10,306 bases of DNA from Thermoplasmata archaeon (GTDB lineage: Archaea; Thermoplasmatota; Thermoplasmata; GCA-020350865): positions 1,360,112-1,370,417 of the forward strand of contig CP070751.1 of assembly GCA_020348445.1 (NCBI GenBank), in the 5' to 3' direction. Below, in pieces: positions 1-5,888 of this stretch. Positions within the stretch are counted from its first letter, which is position 1. Each line of letters begins with the position of its first letter. The notes beneath the pieces are model-generated. The model was not told the DNA's origin. It was given only the letters and a program-made list of their open reading frames with translations, and did not search any database. The translations under genes and the position numbers were made by a program.

Positions 1-142
1 TTGTTTTCGGCATTACCACGATATCGGGATTTTCGTGATGAATCGAGGCGTCAAAGCCATATACATAAAGATCAGCAGTCTTTGTGGTGCAGTTGTCTTC
101 ACCTGCAATTCCCTTTATCTCTTCTATCACAGCAGAGTCCAT
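1..142 (-). CDS. FAD-binding oxidoreductase (GlcD / D-lactate dehydrogenase-like, FAD_binding_4), N-terminal part; gene runs off the left edge
   Basis: Not in the ORF track. Minus-strand translation from the ATG at 142 gives MDSAVIEEIKGIAGEDNCTTKTADLYVYGFDASIHHENPDIVVMPKT, open to the window edge. The YGFDAS...PDxVVxP pattern is the typical N-terminus of GlcD-type FAD oxidoreductases. Confidence 0.85.
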   Translation of the reverse strand, partial: MDSAVIEEIKGIAGEDNCTTKTADLYVYGFDASIHHENPDIVVMPKT

Positions 143-181
143 GTTATCACAGCCCTATTCATTCTAGGATGGGTTTAAGCC

Positions 182-189
182 TATTTAAA
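182..189 (-). promoter_or_regulatory. Putative archaeal TATA box (TTTAAATA) for the FAD oxidoreductase
   Basis: TTTAAATA on the minus strand about 40 nt upstream of the ATG at 142. Confidence 0.5.
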
Positions 190-221
190 ATTGGCGAGAA
201 AAGAATATGAATATCTTATAA

Positions 222-656
222 TCACTTTCGTGATAAGATATCTACATCCTCCATATCTTGTTTTCTTCCAACTTCTCGCAGTATCCGAATTTGATCTTCC
301 TTGGAAATAACATTTATCATTACCCCTTCATAGATTACACTTTCTCTCCGTTCCCAGAGGGCCTCAAAATCATTATTTCCTGGTAAATCTGTTATAACAT
401 CGACTTCTATATCCTTTGAAAAAGTAATACCTCCTTGAGCAAGGATATCAACTATGTTTTCAGTATCGCATGATAGGCCTAAGTTTCTCATGGTTTCTAT
501 GGTCTTTTTTACATTCTCTTCAGAAGGACTGATTGCGATGTCGTAATCAAGCGTGGTTCGCGGGACGCCATATAAAATACTAGCCATACCACCAATCAGC
601 AGATATTTTATATTTGCATCATTAAGAGCATTAAAAAGCTCCTCAAGACTTAACAA
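222..656 (-). CDS. Nucleotidyltransferase (Pol-beta superfamily, DUF6036 / AbiEii-like type), about 144 aa
   Basis: Motif YLLIGGMASILYGVPRTTLDYD matches IGGxAxxxxGxxRxTxDxD, and the C-terminal GRKQDMEDV resembles the usual RxKD motif. The ORF track starts at 695, but the TTG at 656 follows AGGAGG and overlaps the stop of the upstream small ORF, so it is the more likely start. Confidence 0.8.
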   Translation of the reverse strand: MLSLEELFNALNDANIKYLLIGGMASILYGVPRTTLDYDIAISPSEENVKKTIETMRNLGLSCDTENIVDILAQGGITFSKDIEVDVITDLPGNNDFEALWERRESVIYEGVMINVISKEDQIRILREVGRKQDMEDVDILSRK

Positions 657-777
657 ACCGTGCTTCCCTCCTGAATTTCTCGACTTGAAGTGCAATTTTT
701 AAGCGCTGCTCTGGAGTTAGCCTATCGAACCATTCTTGGAGATGCTTTTTATTGTGCCAATCCTGGGATTTTGACAT
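643..777 (-). CDS. Small 44-aa protein, putative partner of the nucleotidyltransferase
   Basis: Not in the ORF track. MSKSQDWHNKKHLQEWFDRLTPEQRLKIALQVEKFRREARFVKS. SD-like AGGTG at 792-788 lies 10 nt before the ATG. The stop overlaps the proposed nucleotidyltransferase start by 14 nt. The WxxxLTPEQRL helical motif resembles small ORFs that precede this nucleotidyltransferase type. Confidence 0.7.
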   Translation of the reverse strand: MSKSQDWHNKKHLQEWFDRLTPEQRLKIALQVEKFRREARFVKS

Positions 778-877
778 AATATCTACGCACCTTAATAGTA
801 ATTTGTCCTTTATTAATTTGTTGAGAAAAAAATAATTGAATCTAAGTATTCCCGAATTTAAGCAATTAGAGTTTAGG

Positions 878-943
878 GTGCGAGGGATGTGGATGTTTAA
901 GAATTAAGCTTGTCCCAACATAACATCCACTGACTCGCACTCC
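878..943. repeat. Hairpin element bounded by a copy of the tRNA-Leu acceptor end
   Basis: GTGCGAG (878-884) pairs with CTCGCAC (934-940), and GTGGATGTT (889-897) pairs with AACATCCAC (922-930). GTGCGAGGGA at 878-887 is repeated at 971-980. CTCGCACTCC (934-943) is also the exact reverse complement of GGAGTGCGAG (968-977). Confidence 0.8.
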
Positions 944-955
944 GTAAGCTAATAT

Positions 956-961
956 AAAAAA
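956..961 (-). terminator. Possible oligo-T terminator after the outer tRNA 3'-end copy
   Basis: T6 run on the minus strand about 10 nt after the 972-987 copy of the tRNA 3' end. Confidence 0.35.
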
Positions 962-971
962 GGATAAGGAG

Positions 972-1092
972 TGCGAGGGACCGGATTCACCGAGCTATTT
1001 GTTTCTCTCACAGCTCTTGCTCGCAAATTTTTTAAATTTGCTCGTGAACCAAGGTTCAAATCCAGAATGTTATAAGATACTAGCAGTCCCTC
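972..1092. repeat. tRNA-Leu 3'-end cassette: direct copy with a hairpin insert plus an inverted copy
   Basis: 972-987 TGCGAGGGACCGGATT is identical to 1114-1129 and continues as TGAACC at 1045-1050 after a 57-nt insert. The inverted copy is GGTTCAAATCC (1053-1063) plus GTCCCTC (1086-1092). There is an internal perfect hairpin GCAAATTT-TTT-AAATTTGC at 1023-1041. Confidence 0.85.
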
Positions 1093-1113
1093 TTAAATGA
1101 GAAAATAATTAGA

Positions 1114-1221
1114 TGCGAGGGACCGGATTTGAACCGGCGAACCACTTCTGGAACAGATGTCCCATGCAACATGGTTTAGATCTTGAGTCTGTCGCCTTTG
1201 ACCATGCTTAGCTACCCTCGC
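1114..1221 (-). tRNA. trnL-CAA: tRNA-Leu (anticodon CAA), intron-containing, 85 nt mature, CCA not encoded
   Basis: Acceptor stem GCGAGGG/CCCTCGC with discriminator A. D arm GCTAAGCATGGTCAAAGGC. Anticodon stem ACAGA/TCTGT with loop CT-CAA-G|A (anticodon at 1185-1183). Long variable arm CCA-GAAG-TGG. T arm GCCGG-TTCAAAT-CCGGT. Confidence 0.97.
1159..1181 (-). other. 23-nt tRNA intron at the canonical position 37/38 with a bulge-helix-bulge-like motif
   Basis: Removing ATCTAAACCATGTTGCATGGGAC restores a 7-nt anticodon loop. Central helix CTCA/TGGG, with 3-nt bulges AG|A and AC|A. Confidence 0.9.
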
Positions 1222-1242
1222 ATTAAGGCGAATAACAGCTTA

Positions 1243-1417
1243 GAGGGTAGCTAAACTTGCTCCGAAGACAAACCGAAGGTTTGTTTAGGCAAGGGGTTGG
1301 GTACTCCAACCCTGGGCCCGTAGGAAACAGTTACATTTTAATCGAAGCATTGTTTCCGAGGGCGTAGAGGGAACCGAAGGTTGCCTCGATGTAGCTACCC
1401 TCGCATTAAAGCGAATA
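1243..1417. repeat. tRNA-Leu 5'-end cassette: inverted copy, four hairpins and a 26-bp direct copy
   Basis: 1392-1417 matches 1209-1234 at 25/26 (tRNA nt 1-13 plus 13 nt of leader). GAGGGTAGCTAA (1243-1254) is the reverse complement of 1208-1219. Hairpins at 1268-1284, 1294-1312, 1316-1363 and 1367-1387. Confidence 0.88.
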
Positions 1418-1549
1418 GCTCTCTTCTTAGGAATAATAACCATAATAGAAAAGGTTGTTTAAGTCAATTGCTGTTTTTTAGAATAACTTGACAGATATTA
1501 TGGATATGGGAATTGTTATCAGTTTGATAAAATAGTGCACGGTATTATG

Positions 1550-2152
1550 TTAAACATCACCTAATTTGAGTTGTTTTGTGCCCACCACCAGTCTTTTAGC
1601 CCTAAAATTCTCTATCATAATCTCTGACATTATATCAAGAAATATTGACTCATAATCCTTGTTTACAACATATGCAGGATCGTTATAGGGAAGATGCACA
1701 CTTGCCTTTGTGAGTGCAGCTTTTGCTTCCCTTCTTTCCTCGCCTATGATTTGCTCAGCATCCTCAACACCTTCCTTAAAACCGCACTGCTTTAATTCCT
1801 CAAAGAAAATGGGTCTGTGAAACAATCTCTGTAAAATATAAACTGCAATCAAGGCTTTTTCGTCATCGTCAACATTTAAAGCAATGCATTTTTCCCCAAC
1901 TGCTTCATATACATTTTTATCTCTATGCGCAGACGTGATGTACACTTTTGCAGGGGGGATTTCCTTTTCTTTTAAAACTCCCACATCTGCCAAGGCTTTT
2001 AGGTAACCAGTTAATACAAGTCTATGCATCTTATGGCCATCTTCCTCAAGACGCCTAGATAATGAGCTAATTGAGCGCTCTTCTTCTTTTACATACTTGA
2101 TTATCAGGTCTTTTAACCTTTCTGGTGTAACAAATACATTGCCTTTTGCCAT
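1550..2152 (-). CDS. Hypothetical protein with an N-terminal winged-helix-like domain, 200 aa
   Basis: Long ORF with a G-rich RBS (GGGGGGA) 4 nt upstream. SISSLSRRLEEDGHKMHRLVLTGYLKALADVGVLKEKEIPPAKVY has the helix-helix-wing pattern of a wHTH domain. Function unknown. Confidence 0.8.
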   Translation of the reverse strand: MAKGNVFVTPERLKDLIIKYVKEEERSISSLSRRLEEDGHKMHRLVLTGYLKALADVGVLKEKEIPPAKVYITSAHRDKNVYEAVGEKCIALNVDDDEKALIAVYILQRLFHRPIFFEELKQCGFKEGVEDAEQIIGEERREAKAALTKASVHLPYNDPAYVVNKDYESIFLDIMSEIMIENFRAKRLVVGTKQLKLGDV

Positions 2153-2254
2153 ACTATCCCCCCATTTTATATGACTGGCCCATATATATATTAGTAATTC
2201 TATATTGGGTTGACAATTTTTAATTAAATATCTTTAATTATATGGCAAGTCGCA

Positions 2255-2357
2255 TTGGTAACAGACTTGATAACAAATAAAACCTTCGGTGGTTTTTTGT
2301 GGTAACAAAATTGATTCAAAAAATGATTTAAATAAGGTCTTCATTTGCGTGCTAACA
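2255..2357. repeat. Four copies of (T/G)TGNTAACA, possible regulator binding sites
   Basis: TTGGTAACA 2255-2263, TTGATAACA 2267-2275, GTGGTAACA 2299-2307 and GTGCTAACA 2349-2357, in the intergenic region upstream of the wHTH gene. Confidence 0.35.
2279..2296. terminator. Hairpin AAAACC-TTCGGT-GGTTTT flanked by T tracts; possible terminator or REP-like motif
   Basis: 6-bp stem followed by T-rich sequence on both strands. It contains the reverse complement of the ACCGAAGGTT motif seen twice in the tRNA 5' cassette. Confidence 0.35.
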
Positions 2358-2414
2358 ACTTTTTGAAAACTCCTCCCCCTTTTATTTTTTTTATTAAAAG
2401 AATGAAGGACAATA

Positions 2415-3140
2415 TTAATGTTCCATTAAAATCTCTAAAAACTGCGCAAGATGCCTGGCTAATTGTGCATTTTCAATGTAACCGCATGCATTCAGATCTG
2501 GGGAGGCAATAAGGGCTGTAGTTTCGTCTGAGATCACATCAGTTGCAATAAGGCCCTCTCTTCGTACAACCTTTACATTCTTGGGAACCTTTTGTCCAGC
2601 TTCAGTGATGATGGTGACATCAATTCCCCTTTTTATCGCGTTTTCTATCTTCTTCTGAAGTTTATCTCTAATCTCTGATACCACAGGCGTGGAGATAATG
2701 AAATTGCTTGTGGATTTATCCAATAACTCCCCGATTTTTTCTGTCACCTTATCCTTTCCTGTTATGGTGTAAACAAGCTGCGGCTCCCCCCTCTCCCTTA
2801 GGATTTCGTGAATCAATTCAAGTTTTTGGAAAGTTTCCTCTAGCTCGTCCTTCACCTTCTCAAAGATTTTAGAAGGCGGCTCGGGCTTGTAGATCACAGG
2901 CCTGCCTGTTGTTGCAATGGCAAAACCTTTGCTCTCAAGGGACTTGAGCACAGAATATGCTGATGTTCTTGGTATCTGGGCTGTCTTTGCAATGAGCTCA
3001 GCATTTCCGTATCCATGGGCGACAAGGGCGATATAGGCCTTGGATTCATAGGCTGAAAGACCTAGAGATTCCAATTTACCTGACACGCTCTTAAATTCCT
3101 TTTCCAGCTCTTCCTTGGTTTGAGGAATGGTTATGGGCAT
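2415..3140 (-). CDS. TrmB-family transcriptional regulator, 241 aa
   Basis: N-terminal LGLSAYESKAYIALV...AELIAKTAQIPRTSAYSVLKSLESKGF...GRPVIYKPEPP is the TrmB wHTH signature. The C-terminal effector domain includes RGIDVTII and ISDETTALI. Confidence 0.93.
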   Translation of the reverse strand: MPITIPQTKEELEKEFKSVSGKLESLGLSAYESKAYIALVAHGYGNAELIAKTAQIPRTSAYSVLKSLESKGFAIATTGRPVIYKPEPPSKIFEKVKDELEETFQKLELIHEILRERGEPQLVYTITGKDKVTEKIGELLDKSTSNFIISTPVVSEIRDKLQKKIENAIKRGIDVTIITEAGQKVPKNVKVVRREGLIATDVISDETTALIASPDLNACGYIENAQLARHLAQFLEILMEH

Positions 3141-3319
3141 AATATCACTTTTTAGTAGTCCATGCTACGACATTCAATACAATCCAGTAATAAATAGTTT
3201 TGCCTTATTGATGGTTCAAGTATATGAGCAATAAAAGGACAATTTTTTTATCATCACAATCCTTTTACTGTTAGGATAAGGTATTTGTTCCTTAGGACTT
3301 GTGGATAGGAGACAGTTAA

Positions 3320-4513
3320 ATGAAGGATCTTAATGTAGATGTCGTGGTTGTAGGGGCAGGCCCTGCAGGGACCATCACAGCAAAATATGCTGCAAAATCA
3401 GGTGCGAGAGTATTGATTATCGAGAAAAGACAGGAGATTGGCTCTCCTGTTCGATGCGGGGAGGGAATAGCAGGGGGAAGATGGCTTGACGATGTGGGTA
3501 TAAGAGAAAGTGATAAATGGCTTACGCACAGGGTAAAAGGTGCCAAGATAGTCTCCCCAGACGGTTCAACATTGATAATAGACGAAAAGATCGCAGGAAA
3601 AGAGGTGGGAATGGTCATAGAGCGGGATATATTTGACAAGGAGCTTGCAAGGGATGCAATAATGGCCGGGGCCGATATCATGATAAAGACTTCGGCTATC
3701 GGGCTGTTGAATAAGGATAAAAGGATCATTGGAGTCAGGGCCAAACACATGGATTCTAAATTCAACATTTCAGCCAATATAGTTGTTGGAGCCGACGGAT
3801 TTGAATCCCAGGTGGGCAGATGGGCGCAAATAGACACAACTTTGGCGCCCAAGGACATCTCCACATGCTTCCAATATCGCATGATAGATATTGAACCTGA
3901 TCCAGATTACTGCGAGTTCATTATAGAGGATGTATTAAAGGGAGGATATATCTGGGTCTTTCCCAAAGGTAAAGATGAGGCCAACGTCGGTTGCGGTATG
4001 CAACTGAACAAGATCAAAGAAAAAGGAGCTGTGCGTGCATATTTGGACGATTTCATAAAAAGGCACCCACAGTATTCGAGTGGTAAAACAATTGAGATGG
4101 TTGCAGGAGCCGTTTCTGTTTCAGCACCCATCGAAAGAACTGTTGGAGAGGGTATATTGCTTGTCGGGGATGCCGCAAGACAGGTCAACCCAATGACAGG
4201 TGGGGGAATAGCAAATGGTTGCATTGCAGCCAAGATAGCTGGGGAAGTAATAGGTGAGGCAGTTGCAGTGGGTGATTTCAGTGCTGAGTTTCTTGCCAAA
4301 TATGAGAAGGGATGGCGAAAGAAACTGGAGGATTCATTGTATTTGAATTGGGCAGCAAGAGAGAAGTTGACCACATTGGGCAACGAGGCCATAAATAAGA
4401 TAATAAAAAGCCTTTCAGAGGTTAAAATCGACCAATTATCCACACTTAAGATAATTAAAGTGATAAGCGACAGACATCCAGAACTTTTAGAGGAATTAAG
4501 TGATCTTATATAG
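3320..4513 (+). CDS. ggr: Digeranylgeranylglycerophospholipid reductase (geranylgeranyl reductase family), 397 aa
   Basis: Rossmann GAGPAG, EKRQEIGSPVRCGEG, the GGR signature YIWVFPKG..ANVG, and GDAARQVNPMTGGGI. GGAG RBS upstream. Confidence 0.93.
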   Translation: MKDLNVDVVVVGAGPAGTITAKYAAKSGARVLIIEKRQEIGSPVRCGEGIAGGRWLDDVGIRESDKWLTHRVKGAKIVSPDGSTLIIDEKIAGKEVGMVIERDIFDKELARDAIMAGADIMIKTSAIGLLNKDKRIIGVRAKHMDSKFNISANIVVGADGFESQVGRWAQIDTTLAPKDISTCFQYRMIDIEPDPDYCEFIIEDVLKGGYIWVFPKGKDEANVGCGMQLNKIKEKGAVRAYLDDFIKRHPQYSSGKTIEMVAGAVSVSAPIERTVGEGILLVGDAARQVNPMTGGGIANGCIAAKIAGEVIGEAVAVGDFSAEFLAKYEKGWRKKLEDSLYLNWAAREKLTTLGNEAINKIIKSLSEVKIDQLSTLKIIKVISDRHPELLEELSDLI

Positions 4514-4528
4514 CATACATACCATGAA

Positions 4529-4540
4529 TTTTGTTTTTTT
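4529..4540 (+). terminator. Oligo-T terminator after ggr
   Basis: TTTTGTTTTTTT starting 16 nt after the stop codon. Confidence 0.5.
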
Positions 4541-4659
4541 CTAGGAAAAGAAGGATTATTCAGCAATGAATTCAGATTCCTTCCAGAAAAATGAACATTA
4601 TAAAAACGCCTAAAATCGACGGTAAAAATCTAACATTTTCATAATCTGGCAGGGAAGCA

Positions 4660-4667
4660 TATAAATA
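4660..4667 (+). promoter_or_regulatory. Putative TATA box (TATAAATA) with purine-rich BRE-like sequence upstream
   Basis: AGGGAAGCA-TATAAATA, 38 nt before the ATG at 4706. Confidence 0.45.
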
Positions 4668-4705
4668 GTAGAAGTATCAATATATGTTAGAGTGAGGGGT
4701 TGCCC

Positions 4706-4816
4706 ATGTCCAAGCTGTTTCAAACAGATGATGCAATCATATCCGCTATCCTGAAAATACAATACCTGGAAGAAATAACCTTCAAAGATAACTTTGAACG
4801 ACTTGAAAAGGAATGA
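4706..4816 (+). CDS. Candidate 36-aa small protein or gene remnant
   Basis: Not in the ORF track. MSKLFQTDDAIISAILKIQYLEEITFKDNFERLEKE, preceded by GTGAGGGG (4692-4699) and a TATA box. Confidence 0.45.
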   Translation: MSKLFQTDDAIISAILKIQYLEEITFKDNFERLEKE

Positions 4817-5084
4817 AACGTTCATTATTTGAGCACGAAATCCATAATTTCAAGTGACTTCAGTGTATTTTCCTTAATCTTTAATCCATTGGATAGCTCG
4901 GCCTTTCTTTACAGAAATAGTTATTTATCTAAAAAGTCATACATGTGAGGCCAAAAGAACGATTTTTTGGTATGATTGTAAGAGTAAAAGGGATGGATAT
5001 GACGAGGCTTATCTTTATGGATAATTGTTTGAATACGATAATCCTCTTATGTAAATCATCTCAGTATAAAATGGCCAGGAGGCG

Positions 5085-5858
5085 ATGATTTACATGAGAG
5101 TGTGTGTAATAGGCAGTTCCAGCGAAGGCAACGCAACAGTCATATGGACGAAAAATACCAAAATACTCATAGACGCAGGTTTTTCAGGAAGGGAACTTGA
5201 AAGGAGATTGAAGGGTATTAACTTAAGTCCATCCCAAATAAATGGTATCTTGATTTCACATGAGCATTCAGATCATACCAAGGGCGCGGGTGTTCTCTCA
5301 AGAAGATACAAAATTCCAGTATATGCAAACAAAACCACATTCAGGCTGTCAAGGGCACTTGAGGATGTCTCGGAAAAAAAATATTTTAAATCCCATAAAG
5401 ACTTTTTAATTGGGGAATTTAAGATCATACCCTTGGTCGTGCCCCACGATGCATCAGAACCCAATGCGTTCGTGGTTCGCTCAAAGAAAAAGAAGGTAAC
5501 CATAGCAACAGATATGGGGAAGCACACTTCTGCATTTATAGAACATGCAAAAAACTCCAATCTCATTATAATCGAGAGCAACTATGACAAGAAGATGCTA
5601 CTTGAGGGGGATTATCACCCACTTTTAAAGGAAAGAATACTTTCAGATTTTGGGCATCTGTCAAATTCGGCTGCTGCAAAAACCCTAAGGCAGGTGATTG
5701 GTTCTTCCACAAAACATGTGCTTTTAGCCCATCTTTCTCAGAACAACAACACCCCTGATTTGGCTTTTGATGCTGCAAACGAAAGTTTAAAGGATTTTAT
5801 AGGAGTGAGCTTGGATCTAACGTTTCCCCATCAATGCAGCAGGATAATCAAGCTTTAA
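5085..5858 (+). CDS. Metallo-beta-lactamase-fold hydrolase, YycJ/WalJ-like, 257 aa
   Basis: GSSSEGN, ILIDAG, HEHSDH (HxHxDH), VPHDA, ATDMG, ESNYD, GHLSN and LAHLSQNNN motifs. AGGAGG RBS directly upstream. Confidence 0.92.
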   Translation: MIYMRVCVIGSSSEGNATVIWTKNTKILIDAGFSGRELERRLKGINLSPSQINGILISHEHSDHTKGAGVLSRRYKIPVYANKTTFRLSRALEDVSEKKYFKSHKDFLIGEFKIIPLVVPHDASEPNAFVVRSKKKKVTIATDMGKHTSAFIEHAKNSNLIIIESNYDKKMLLEGDYHPLLKERILSDFGHLSNSAAAKTLRQVIGSSTKHVLLAHLSQNNNTPDLAFDAANESLKDFIGVSLDLTFPHQCSRIIKL

Positions 5859-5888
5859 CATCAAAATTAGTACCTATGAACCTGCTGT

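Noticed and set aside
1-210. ORF-track 69-aa plus-strand ORF
   Set aside because: Shadow of the minus-strand FAD oxidoreductase start and its promoter; no protein-like features.
657-695. N-terminal extension MHFKSRNSGGKHG of the nucleotidyltransferase
   Set aside because: It lies within the 44-aa ORF and contains the AGGAGG RBS, so the TTG at 656 fits better. Not proven.
911-921. TGTCCCAACAT resembles the intron segment TGTCCCATGCAACAT (1158-1172)
   Set aside because: Needs a 4-nt gap over only 11 matching bases; cannot be distinguished from chance.
988-1044. Non-canonical T-loop intron in a second tRNA copy
   Set aside because: The 4-bp helix TTCA/TGAA is flanked by a 1-nt rather than a 3-nt bulge, and no tRNA body lies upstream of GGTTCA.
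972-1129. attL/attR pair of an integrated virus or plasmid
   Set aside because: Only 142 bp separate the repeats and there is no integrase in the window. At most it is a collapsed scar, which would not explain the inverted copies.
1053-1269. Split or circularly permuted tRNA gene on the plus strand (3' part before 5' part)
   Set aside because: The order fits, but the fragments lack the anticodon and variable arms, the T arm is interrupted, and there is no BHB at the ends.
878-1417. CRISPR array
   Set aside because: The repeats are tRNA fragments of unequal length (9-26 bp) at periods of 93, 142 and 183 bp, and there are no cas genes in the window.
2221-2240. Inverted repeat TAATTAAA-TATC-TTTAATTA
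   Set aside because: Composed almost entirely of A and T in an AT-rich promoter region; low significance.
3316-4566. Minus-strand ORFs 3316-3882, 3566-3748 and 3907-4566
   Set aside because: Antisense shadows of the well-supported ggr gene.
4610-4825. 71-aa minus-strand ORF
   Set aside because: No RBS or recognisable motif; antisense to the better-supported 36-aa ORF.
4999-5088. 29-aa upstream ORF overlapping the MBL start by ATGA
   Set aside because: The composition is not protein-like and it runs across the likely promoter of the MBL gene.
5273-5778. Minus-strand ORFs 5273-5581 and 5566-5778
   Set aside because: Antisense shadows of the MBL-fold hydrolase.
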